This document shows, one piece after another, positions 1 through 8,409 of a stretch of DNA of 37,113 nt. The notes beneath the pieces were generated by a model, which saw only the letters and a program-made list of their open reading frames with translations, did not search any database and had not been told where the DNA came from. Position 1 is the first letter of the stretch. Every line of letters begins with the position of its first letter. Source of the DNA: a virus (Duplodnaviria; Caudoviricetes); the IMG/VR virus record IMGVR_UViG_3300020442_002570, positions 1-37,113 of that record. The stretch is one strand, 5' to 3'. The position numbers and the translations under genes are program-made.

Positions 1-3000
1 ATCCAGTCAATGAAACCAGCACCATACCAACTGTATTGGATACCAATCATCTGCATGTACCTTACATCCATGTTGTACTTGCTTTGTCCTGTGCCGTCCA
101 TTTTATCCAAATTCCACTCATCTTGTAGAACTTTTTTGTCTGTAATCAAGTTTACTTTTGCCGCAAGCACTTGATTTACTCCTCTATAGTCTGGCGTAAT
201 TGTAATTTGTGTTTGCGAATCAACATTAGCAACAACATGTGTCATTCCTTTTAGAACAATTCTGTCACCTGCTTTAAGTTGATCTCTAAATCTTGTGTTA
301 TTACCAGTAATTAAGTTTGAATCTGGTGTTGCAGTAACAGTACCTGCTATTTGTTTTGTACTTGTACGTTGAGCTACACTGATGTTAGTACCATCAAACT
401 CCCAGTAAATACCATTCTGATCATCAAAAATTCCTGAACGTACTGTTGCACCATGCCAGCCAACCACTGTCATCTGAGCCGCAAACCCTAGTACTGCTGT
501 TGTTGCTCCCAAACGTCTAGTTGATAAACATTTTAATGTTCTTTCATCGATAATTTGTGTAATTGTATACTCACCATTGTATCCAGCTGTTTCAGCACCA
601 ATGATTCTTATCTTACCACCTACCTGTGCTCCGTGATCGTTATCATCAGTCACAATAGTTAGAGTCGCTCCTATCTCTGTTCCTGTACTTGTAATGCTTC
701 TGACATCGTATGAAGGAGCAAATAGAGCACCTGTGGTGTACATAATACCTTTACCTGACTGGTATCTAATATATTTTTTACTCTGTCTAATTGCTTGAGC
801 ACCGTGTTGTGGTCCACCTGTTCCTAACTGAACACCACCATCATATGGTCTGTGAATAAAGAATGAGTCTGGTCTTAGGTACACGTTACCTTGGATCTTA
901 TCTTCTGTCGAAGTACCGTCAAATTCAACAATATTACCAGGAGCTCTGGTGTTGTATCTTATCTTTTTCGTTGTAGGAATGTTTAAAGCAATAAACGAAC
1001 CAGATGCAAGTGAATGGTTATTTGATCCTCCGTCATCTGAATTGACATCAACAATAAATGTATCTCCTGGAACAATACCGTGTGCATATGGCCATGTAAT
1101 TTCCACTGTTGCCAATGCTTCAAAGTTAACACTTGAACTTGCCGTAATGCCCTGTGTTGTGAAATCTGAAAGGGTAACTGCGTTTACAAGATTAAGCGTT
1201 CCTCCTGATACTGCTGTTCCAGCAATAGTTGCCGAGCTTAATCCTCCGCTACCATCAACTCCTGTAACTGTTATAGTTGCATCATTTGCTGTAGAAGTTC
1301 CGTCAAAAGTTGTACCAGGTATAATAATTTCATTTCCTTCTTTATAACCAGAACCAAAAGCGTTTATAGCAATACTGTAAGTTCCTGATGTCCTTGTTAC
1401 ATCAAAAGTACCACTTGCTCCTGCGTGTGCTTGATTAGTTCCTGCTATACCTGTAAAACTTGTAGGTAACGTAGGTGCAGTACCTGTGATACTAACATTG
1501 CCTACTCTACCTTGATTAGACGCATTTGTATTCAAGGTAGAATCTACTGTTATAGTGGCATCATTAGTTGGGCTTGTACCTCCTAATGCAGTACCAGATA
1601 CTGTAAATTGTTGTCCTTGAATATAGTCATTACCTGCTGTGTCAACAGCAACCGAATACGAAGATCCGTCATTTGTAACATCAAAAATTGCTCCACTACC
1701 ATTGTAAACAGTAAGTGTTTTTCCAATAAAAGTACCACCATTGAACGGAGTAGCAACGGTTGATTCGTCCGCTCCTTCAGCTCTTACGTCAGTAATTGAA
1801 CCGCTTCCGTCAATTGAAACCACTCTCAAATACAAATCATTTGCAGGACTTGTGCCTCCTAAATCATTACCGCTACAAACTATGGTATCAGCTGTGTTGT
1901 AACCTGTACCACCTGACTGTATTTGGACTTGATAAGCCGCACCTGCTCCTGTTTGAACCGATACTTGAAATTCTAAATCTGTACCAGAACCGCCTGTAAA
2001 TGATAATGCACTTGGACCAAAACTAAATGAATTGTTAACTGAAGGTGGAAGTCCTGATCTACCTGAGTTAGAAATAAGGTTAATTGATGTAATTGATCCA
2101 CCAGCACCAACAGCACCAACCTTCATGACCAAATCATTACCGCCGTCGTTTTGGCTTCCGTCTTGTCCAGTACCTGGCTCTACATTTTGTCCTGTAATTC
2201 TAAGTCCGTCGTTTACTGCAAAACCAGTTGTGTCGTTAGGTGAATTGATGTTTACTACTGTGTAAGCATTGTTTTCAAATGCAATGTCAAAGTTTGTACT
2301 TCCAAGATTTCCGCTACCGTGATTGTATGTATTAGCAACATTTTGATATGTGATGCTTCCGCTTAAAGCTGTACCTGTTATTGTAGCCGCTGTAATACCT
2401 CCAGTGCCGTTAACTGCTGTAACCAACACTGTAGCATCATTACCTGGTGTAAGTCCACCTAAGTTATCACCTGTAACCAGTACCGTATCACCTTTTTTGT
2501 AACCTGATCCTGCTTGATTAATTGCCGCTATTGAATAGTTTACACCTGATCTGTTAATATCAAATTGTCCGTTAACACCTGCTGGTGCAGTAACAGTCCC
2601 AGATACACCTGTATAGGTTTGGGTGTTTCTTGTAATGCTTGACGTAAATTGTCCACTCATACTTACTGTGTTACCTACAATATTGTTGACGAATATAGCA
2701 TCTCCTGATCCGTTGTCAGCCGCTAATCCTGTTACAATACCAGTTGTTGAAGAAACTGTAAATTGAGTGTTACCTGAATTAACATCAGCAGTAAGGTTAA
2801 CAGGTAATGCTGTCCCACCTGGTGTACTTGAAATAACAGTTACCTGTGTACCAGTTGGAAATGCCGCATTATTAATCGGAGCACCAATCTCTGGAACATC
2901 TCCTGTAAAAGCTAATCTGTTTTCACCTGTTTGTGCCGCAAGTGCAAGAACCATAGAACCGTTTGTTCCGTTACTGAATACATCAAACTTTGGCTGTCCT

Positions 3001-4340
3001 ACTGATGCACCTGTATAAAATGCACCCTGTCTTAACTGTGTATATGTTGTTGACAGTGTTTGTGGATTGCTTGTACCAACTTTCGCTTTTGCATAGTAAG
3101 TAAATGATGTTGGAGTTGGGACCGAATCAATCACAAATGAACCTTCAGCTCTAGCCGCTCCAATGACAGCATCTTCTAATGCCTTGATTGTAATAGGTGT
3201 ACCTGGTTCAAAACCGTGAGCACCAATAGTTGTAACTGTAATCTGAGACGCACCAATACCACTTGTTCCGGCTGATGCATCTGTTACAACAGTTAAAACT
3301 TGTGTTTCAGTACCTGGAAGTTCGTACACACTTGGATAGCCTCGCATCATTCCTATCGCTGACCATTTAGTTGGCTGTAAACCGTATTCAAAGTCAGCAT
3401 CAAGCATTGATAACGGAGGAGCAATACGCATACGTTCAATAGCATCAGTACCAAAGTCATATGGTCTAGTTCTCTGTTCTGGAGTGTCTGTAAAGATTTG
3501 AATCTCATCTGTTTCTGACATAGAACTTGTATCAAATTCTAAATCTAAAACACTTATTGCATCTGTCGTTTGTAAATATTTTGGAAAATCATCATCTGAG
3601 TTTTCATTTGAATTAACTGAATCATACTTGACAACATATCCGCCACTGTCTCTAGGAGTAACATCATCAAGTCTTGTAATTTTTCCTCCTTTAAGAGGAT
3701 CAGTAAAGTTGTAAATTACAGTTGCTTTTGACGTATTTGTAACAATAAGCATGTCACTGGTATCGTAATTACCAATAAATCTAATGTGTCCTAAACCTTT
3801 TCTTTCATAGGTAGGTAAACTTGTCAAACCATTTTGTATTACGTCTCTAACTACATTTGCAAGATATTGTATTCTTGTGCTTGCCGCAGGCTCTGATGTT
3901 TTTGATCCATCTGTAACTTGCACCACAGCTGATTGATAAGGCGTTGATTGCGGAGAATTAGTTAACACATGGTTGTTAATCAAATCTCTTGTAAATTCTT
4001 TTGCTTTTACTTCTGCAACTCTAGTGCCGTCAACTTGGGCAACATCTTTTTCCCAGTATGTATTTGCAATTCTGTATGTTTCTGCATTTCCGCCGTATTT
4101 TAAATCATGCACGTAAGCATCAACATTATATCCTGTGTCTCTTTCACACTTGGCTTCACTATAAGTATATCCTTCAAAACCTGTTGCATTATCTGCAACC
4201 TGTTGCTGAATCCAAGCAGTAACTTCTTTTTGTATAAAAGTTTTGTTTAGATTAATTAATGCTTCTGCATTTGGAAATCTACTACCATTTATTCCAATGC
4301 CTGGATAAAACTTATAATTGTATATTTTTTTCTTTGCCAT
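1..4340 (-). CDS. Large virion structural protein (>1446 aa, 3' end outside window) with an N-terminal helical domain and five Gly/Thr-rich beta repeats
   Basis: Not in the ORF track because it has no stop in the window. ATG at 4338-4340 directly follows the upstream stop. Manual translation gives MAKKKIYNYKFYPGIG...KCERDTGYNVDAYVHDLKYGGN...DADFEYGLQPTKW...RPYDGGVQLGTGGP...QYSWYGAGFIDW, and the frame is open to base 1. T/G/S/N-rich composition is typical of fibre/baseplate proteins. Confidence 0.9.
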   Translation of the reverse strand, partial: MAKKKIYNYKFYPGIGINGSRFPNAEALINLNKTFIQKEVTAWIQQQVADNATGFEGYTYSEAKCERDTGYNVDAYVHDLKYGGNAETYRIANTYWEKDVAQVDGTRVAEVKAKEFTRDLINNHVLTNSPQSTPYQSAVVQVTDGSKTSEPAASTRIQYLANVVRDVIQNGLTSLPTYERKGLGHIRFIGNYDTSDMLIVTNTSKATVIYNFTDPLKGGKITRLDDVTPRDSGGYVVKYDSVNSNENSDDDFPKYLQTTDAISVLDLEFDTSSMSETDEIQIFTDTPEQRTRPYDFGTDAIERMRIAPPLSMLDADFEYGLQPTKWSAIGMMRGYPSVYELPGTETQVLTVVTDASAGTSGIGASQITVTTIGAHGFEPGTPITIKALEDAVIGAARAEGSFVIDSVPTPTSFTYYAKAKVGTSNPQTLSTTYTQLRQGAFYTGASVGQPKFDVFSNGTNGSMVLALAAQTGENRLAFTGDVPEIGAPINNAAFPTGTQVTVISSTPGGTALPVNLTADVNSGNTQFTVSSTTGIVTGLAADNGSGDAIFVNNIVGNTVSMSGQFTSSITRNTQTYTGVSGTVTAPAGVNGQFDINRSGVNYSIAAINQAGSGYKKGDTVLVTGDNLGGLTPGNDATVLVTAVNGTGGITAATITGTALSGSITYQNVANTYNHGSGNLGSTNFDIAFENNAYTVVNINSPNDTTGFAVNDGLRITGQNVEPGTGQDGSQNDGGNDLVMKVGAVGAGGSITSINLISNSGRSGLPPSVNNSFSFGPSALSFTGGSGTDLEFQVSVQTGAGAAYQVQIQSGGTGYNTADTIVCSGNDLGGTSPANDLYLRVVSIDGSGSITDVRAEGADESTVATPFNGGTFIGKTLTVYNGSGAIFDVTNDGSSYSVAVDTAGNDYIQGQQFTVSGTALGGTSPTNDATITVDSTLNTNASNQGRVGNVSITGTAPTLPTSFTGIAGTNQAHAGASGTFDVTRTSGTYSIAINAFGSGYKEGNEIIIPGTTFDGTSTANDATITVTGVDGSGGLSSATIAGTAVSGGTLNLVNAVTLSDFTTQGITASSSVNFEALATVEITWPYAHGIVPGDTFIVDVNSDDGGSNNHSLASGSFIALNIPTTKKIRYNTRAPGNIVEFDGTSTEDKIQGNVYLRPDSFFIHRPYDGGVQLGTGGPQHGAQAIRQSKKYIRYQSGKGIMYTTGALFAPSYDVRSITSTGTEIGATLTIVTDDNDHGAQVGGKIRIIGAETAGYNGEYTITQIIDERTLKCLSTRRLGATTAVLGFAAQMTVVGWHGATVRSGIFDDQNGIYWEFDGTNISVAQRTSTKQIAGTVTATPDSNLITGNNTRFRDQLKAGDRIVLKGMTHVVANVDSQTQITITPDYRGVNQVLAAKVNLITDKKVLQDEWNLDKMDGTGQSKYNMDVRYMQMIGIQYSWYGAGFIDW
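1210..2580 (-). repeat. Five ~70-95 aa protein-level repeats (FDV...Y...G.GY..GD.I...G..LGG..P.ND.T..V..V.G.G.I)
   Basis: Manual translation: QFDINRSG..AGSGYKKGDTVLVTGDNLGGLTPGNDATVLV; GGTGYNTADTIVCSGNDLGGTSPANDLYLRV; AGNDYIQGQQFTVSGTALGGTSPTNDATITV; FGSGYKEGNEIIIPGTTFDGTSTANDATITV; plus one degenerate copy. Boundaries are approximate. Confidence 0.75.
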
Positions 4341-4343
4341 TCT

Positions 4344-4901
4344 TTATGCTCCAAATGCCACCGCTAAAGCTGTTGCTGTTGCGTCTACATATCCTTTATT
4401 AGTTGCGTGTGTTCCAATAGTTGGATCACTTTGCAGTAACATATTATTTGTTACTGTTAAATCACCATTCATAGTTGCTCCGTCTACGTTAAGTTGACTT
4501 GCAGTACTGTCTGGTGCTGTCGTCATGTCTATACCATAAGCTCTTATTTGTACAGGAACATTATACCCAATATCAACATTGTCTATATTTCCTGGAATAC
4601 CTTGGTTATTAATTGTAAGTCTTCCGTTAATAACAGAAAGCACTGTGTTGCCTAGATAATTTACCTTGAAAACACCTCCTGTTACAGCAAGACTTTCAAA
4701 ACTGTTTGATACCTGTGTACCAGTATCATCACCACTATCTTCTTCCGGTGGCACATACTGTACAAAAGTTGTTCCGTTAAGTAAAATATTTTTTACGTCA
4801 ATAGTAGGCGCAGTAATTTTACCTGTATTATCTACTGTAAAATTAGGACTTTCAAAGCCGTTCTGTGCTTGTAACTTATCGTTTATTACTGTGCCTGCCA
4901 T
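4344..4901 (-). CDS. Phage fibre/structural protein (185 aa)
   Basis: ORF track. Contains the tail-fibre motif PTIGTHATNKGYVD and a C-terminal hydrophobic helix ATALAVAFGA. Confidence 0.75.
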   Translation of the reverse strand: MAGTVINDKLQAQNGFESPNFTVDNTGKITAPTIDVKNILLNGTTFVQYVPPEEDSGDDTGTQVSNSFESLAVTGGVFKVNYLGNTVLSVINGRLTINNQGIPGNIDNVDIGYNVPVQIRAYGIDMTTAPDSTASQLNVDGATMNGDLTVTNNMLLQSDPTIGTHATNKGYVDATATALAVAFGA

Positions 4902-4910
4902 AACTTATCC

Positions 4911-6395
4911 TTAAATTGCGTCTATACCTTTGACAACAATAGTTCCTCTCATTGAACCATGAACTGTACATTGATATGCGTAGTTACCACTTATATTTTG
5001 TGGTATCTTCCAATACAGTGTACCTGATGTCTTACCTTGTGCTTGTGATCCTGTCGTAACTGTGCCGTCCAAGTCGACGTGAACCAATCCATTATTGTAA
5101 GCAGAACCACCACTTGTTTCAATTTGGAATGGATGGTTGGCTCCACTGTTAATTTTGAACGCAATGGTTGTTCCATTAATTGCATAAATTGTTGGATCTT
5201 CTGTGTTGCCGTATTGATCAAATTTGTATCCGTTGTTTGAATCTGCTGTTACTACCAATGTAGTGATAGCAGGTAAAGCAATTTCATCAAAGGTTCTTCC
5301 TGTAACATTAGCCCAACCACTACCAGTATAAACTAATAGCTGTCCTAATGCCGCACCTGATGATGAAACATCACTCAAACTATCTAAACTATTTGTACCT
5401 GAGTAACTAATAGTTACAGTATCGCCTGTTACTGCTGTTGAAATGTTTGTTCCTCCAGCAATAGTCAGTGTGTCAGTTTTGCTATCTGCCGCCGCAATTC
5501 CTGAATCTGCTTGAACATTTGAAAATGCATTTTGGTTTTCTTCACCTGAGTTAGGTGAACCAGTATATGCAATTGAAATAGTATCTCCAACAATACTTGT
5601 TGCTATGTTAGCACCACCTGCTATTGTTAATGTATCAGCAGTTGAATTAGCTGTTGTAGTTCCTGTATCTGCATCTACAGTATTGAATACGTTCTGATTA
5701 CCACCTGCACTAATTGTTGTAAAAGTAAATGTACCTGAACCGTTTGTAGTCAGCACCTGTCCGTTGTCACCATCTGAAATATTTAGATCAGTAAGTGAGG
5801 TTGGCACAGTTGGTTTGTTGTTCAAGTTATTGTAGTTTAGATAGTATGAACCATCTTGTCCGTCAAGTGTATCTGCATCAGTGCCTGCGCCACCTGTTGT
5901 TGCATCTGTACCTGGTGCCCATTTGCCACCATCCCATTTTAAAACATTTCCTGTTTGTGGAGGTGTGCTTGTTGTATCAACATCAGATAGGGAATTGATG
6001 TTTCCTACATAAGCAACCGACTTTAAAGGATCTGTGTAATTTGCAACTGAACCACCACTTGTGTCAAGTAGCATTTTTCTCCATGCACCTGCATGTGCAA
6101 CATATACTGTACCACCTTCGTGTACGTGTAACATTGCTCCGTGATAAGTTGTTGGACTTATCGCGTTCATTTGGTTCAACGTTGAGGCATGAAATGCCAT
6201 TTTGTTAATTTTGTTGTCATCATTTGGAATGTCTATTTCCAAACTACTATTGACGATGTCTTTTAAATTTGTTCCATCGCCTAAAGCGTTGTACAGTTCA
6301 TCGGAGTTAGCGTTGATCTTAGTAGCACCTGCTCTAAGGCTATCACCGGTTCCGTCATTAGCGGCTGTACCTACGTTTAATACTGATTTTGCCAT
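4911..6395 (-). CDS. Baseplate-anchored fibre protein with a T4 gp9/gp10-like N-terminus and a C-terminal cupredoxin-like domain
   Basis: The N-terminus LNVGTAANDGTGDSLRAGATKINANSDELY matches the gp9/gp10 N-terminal motif. There are two internal DTLTIAGGxNI repeats. The C-terminal HPF...YQCTVHGSMRG is a type-1 Cu ligand pattern. Confidence 0.8.
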   Translation of the reverse strand: MAKSVLNVGTAANDGTGDSLRAGATKINANSDELYNALGDGTNLKDIVNSSLEIDIPNDDNKINKMAFHASTLNQMNAISPTTYHGAMLHVHEGGTVYVAHAGAWRKMLLDTSGGSVANYTDPLKSVAYVGNINSLSDVDTTSTPPQTGNVLKWDGGKWAPGTDATTGGAGTDADTLDGQDGSYYLNYNNLNNKPTVPTSLTDLNISDGDNGQVLTTNGSGTFTFTTISAGGNQNVFNTVDADTGTTTANSTADTLTIAGGANIATSIVGDTISIAYTGSPNSGEENQNAFSNVQADSGIAAADSKTDTLTIAGGTNISTAVTGDTVTISYSGTNSLDSLSDVSSSGAALGQLLVYTGSGWANVTGRTFDEIALPAITTLVVTADSNNGYKFDQYGNTEDPTIYAINGTTIAFKINSGANHPFQIETSGGSAYNNGLVHVDLDGTVTTGSQAQGKTSGTLYWKIPQNISGNYAYQCTVHGSMRGTIVVKGIDAI

Positions 6396-6398
6396 CTT

Positions 6399-6911
6399 TT
6401 ACACCCTATCAAATGTTAATGTTGTATTATCCATTGTACTTGTATTACTATCAAAAGTATTTATTCCGCTTGGCACCTCGGTTGATGTATCTGCGACTAT
6501 GGCAGGAGGTGTAAGCTGATGTATTGCTTTCGCGTAAGTAGCATGGAAAACTAATTTTGCGCCTGCATATGATTTAGCTTTTGGTTCTACGTTAATAGTA
6601 CAAAGGCTTTCGTCAACTGACACAGAAATATTTACAAGCTCTTGGTTAATACTAGATCTGCCATAGATATTAGCTACTGCACGATCTGGTCTTGCAACTA
6701 CACTTAATTGCATAATTTCTTTTTCATTAGAATCAAACTCAACAGTAATCTGATAAATTGCACTGCTAAAATCACCAACGTGAAATTTGTCCATCACTGT
6801 GTTGTAATGTACTCCAATCCAGCTACCTTTAAAGCTGAAACTGGATCTATCTGGTAGATGAATTGTGTTGTTTTGACCTTTAGTAAATAGATTTGTCAGA
6901 AGTTTACTCAT
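6399..6911 (-). CDS. Hypothetical virion-associated protein (170 aa)
   Basis: ORF track. Preceded by a late promoter box and a GGAG Shine-Dalgarno (SD). Beta-rich, with a C-terminal TFDSNTSTMDNTTLTFD motif. Confidence 0.7.
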   Translation of the reverse strand: MSKLLTNLFTKGQNNTIHLPDRSSFSFKGSWIGVHYNTVMDKFHVGDFSSAIYQITVEFDSNEKEIMQLSVVARPDRAVANIYGRSSINQELVNISVSVDESLCTINVEPKAKSYAGAKLVFHATYAKAIHQLTPPAIVADTSTEVPSGINTFDSNTSTMDNTTLTFDRV

Positions 6912-6929
6912 AATACATGCTCCATATTG

Positions 6930-6937
6930 TATTTATC
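6930..6937 (-). promoter_or_regulatory. T4-like late promoter (GATAAATA)
   Basis: Intergenic ATAAATA box 19 nt upstream of the 6911 start. The same box recurs in most intergenic gaps. T4 gp55 consensus is TATAAATA. Confidence 0.7.
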
Positions 6938-6968
6938 GTTTTGTACAGATATAGAACAGTATAAAAAG

Positions 6969-7553
6969 CTAAGATAAATCTACAAGGCTATGAGCAAATT
7001 GGCTCAGGTTATCGTATATTTCTGTTTTCTTTTTAAGGTCTTTATTAGCAAACGTGTTTAGTTTCTTCTCGGTCTCATTACCATATCCTGTACGCACTAA
7101 TATGGGCTTTGCTTTGGCTTTAAATGCCGCCTTTAGGTCTGTGATCTTGTCTCCAACGTATACACCATTTGTCCAGTCAACACCTATTTCAGAAGATGCT
7201 CTTTTAAACATGCCCGTATTAGGTTTTCTATATGGATCATCCTTGAAAGGTGTGGTAGAATAGTATAATCCGTTTATGCTTGAACAACCTATTTCACCTA
7301 ATAGCTGAAGCATATAGTTGTTGACTATATCTACATCTACAGCATCCATTACACCCCTTTGAATTCCTGATTGATTTGTTAAAATTACAACATCATAACC
7401 TTTGTTTCTAATCATTTTGATTGCTTCCAAACTACCAGGTATGGGTTTGAACTGTTCAGGTTTTATACAATAAGGAGGTACTCCTTCTTGTGTTAATCCT
7501 ATATCTTCATTAATTGTTCCGTCTCGATCTAAACCAATGACAGGTATACTCAT
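6969..7553 (-). CDS. gmhB: HAD-IIIA phosphatase, D-glycero-D-manno-heptose-1,7-bisphosphate phosphatase (GmhB)-like
   Basis: Motifs LDRDGTIN, ILTNQSGIQRG, RKPNTGMF, VGDKITDLKAA. Start moved from the track's 7574 to the ATG at 7553, which has a GGAG SD and follows the upstream TAA. Confidence 0.8.
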   Translation of the reverse strand: MSIPVIGLDRDGTINEDIGLTQEGVPPYCIKPEQFKPIPGSLEAIKMIRNKGYDVVILTNQSGIQRGVMDAVDVDIVNNYMLQLLGEIGCSSINGLYYSTTPFKDDPYRKPNTGMFKRASSEIGVDWTNGVYVGDKITDLKAAFKAKAKPILVRTGYGNETEKKLNTFANKDLKKKTEIYDNLSQFAHSLVDLS

Positions 7554-7554
7554 A

Positions 7555-8409
7555 TTATGGTCTCCATCTATCATCTGACCAACCTAATTTTGCTTTGTTA
7601 AACCATTGTAACTCACCTAATATGATTGGATCTTTTTCAAGTAATTTTGTTTTCCACGTGTCTACAAATTCTTTTGTTTCATCACATAACTTACACACGT
7701 GGGTTTCGACAAATTCAGCCGCTTCGTGCGTAAGCGGATGAAGTTCATGTAATAGCATGTGTTCATGCTCGCCTTCCAATGAGGGTACGCTCTTAGGACG
7801 AGTGCTTTCCCATTCATCGTCTGTTTTAAATCCTAATGAATTTAAGATAGGAGGACATGAAGTAGTGATATCTGCTTTATACATTTCTAAAACTGCACGT
7901 AAATCTTCTAATTCTAATTTTTCATTTTTAAATTCTGTTCTTTGATCTTCCCAACCTTCAAACCAATCTCTGAAACAAGTTGTTATAACCTTGCAACCTA
8001 TTTTTTCTAATGCTTTATGTGTACTTGATATCAATGCACAGTCTCTCATAGTAACATGTATCAAGTCTGCCCATTGCCATTTGTTTTTGTAGAAAAAATT
8101 ATTCAACACCATAGCATCTTGGTCAACAGTCATGTTGCTAAAATTACCTGGTGTCCACCACCCATGTCCCATATGATATCTGTCTTCTCTAAACATACTA
8201 GACCATTGCAAGAGTATTACATCGTCTTTATTAAATTTGTGAACAGTGTTTGCTTCCCATAATCTTGTGAATATGTATTGGTTGCCGGCTCCGCTTCTAG
8301 CCCAATTTTCTCCATGATAACCTTTTTGTTTGTATTCATGTATGACAACATCGGCCCAAGTGGGATAAAAATATTGTGATAAACTACAACCAAATGCAAA
8401 AATTCTCAT
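7555..8409 (-). CDS. SGNH/GDSL-like hydrolase or acyltransferase-fold protein
   Basis: FAFGCSLS (block I-like Ser), NWARSGAGNQYI (block II-like), LLQWS and a late LHP His motif. Function is inferred only from motif order. Confidence 0.55.
   Translation of the reverse strand: MRIFAFGCSLSQYFYPTWADVVIHEYKQKGYHGENWARSGAGNQYIFTRLWEANTVHKFNKDDVILLQWSSMFREDRYHMGHGWWTPGNFSNMTVDQDAMVLNNFFYKNKWQWADLIHVTMRDCALISSTHKALEKIGCKVITTCFRDWFEGWEDQRTEFKNEKLELEDLRAVLEMYKADITTSCPPILNSLGFKTDDEWESTRPKSVPSLEGEHEHMLLHELHPLTHEAAEFVETHVCKLCDETKEFVDTWKTKLLEKDPIILGELQWFNKAKLGWSDDRWRP

Noticed and set aside
3830-4290. Assigning a cyanobacterial host from the phycobiliprotein-like motif
   Set aside because: A short motif resemblance in a structural protein is insufficient, and no photosynthesis or other host-diagnostic genes are in the window.
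7554-7574. Track start of the phosphatase at 7574
   Set aside because: It overlaps the upstream gene by 20 nt. The ATG at 7553 has a GGAG SD and places the DxD motif at the usual N-terminal position.
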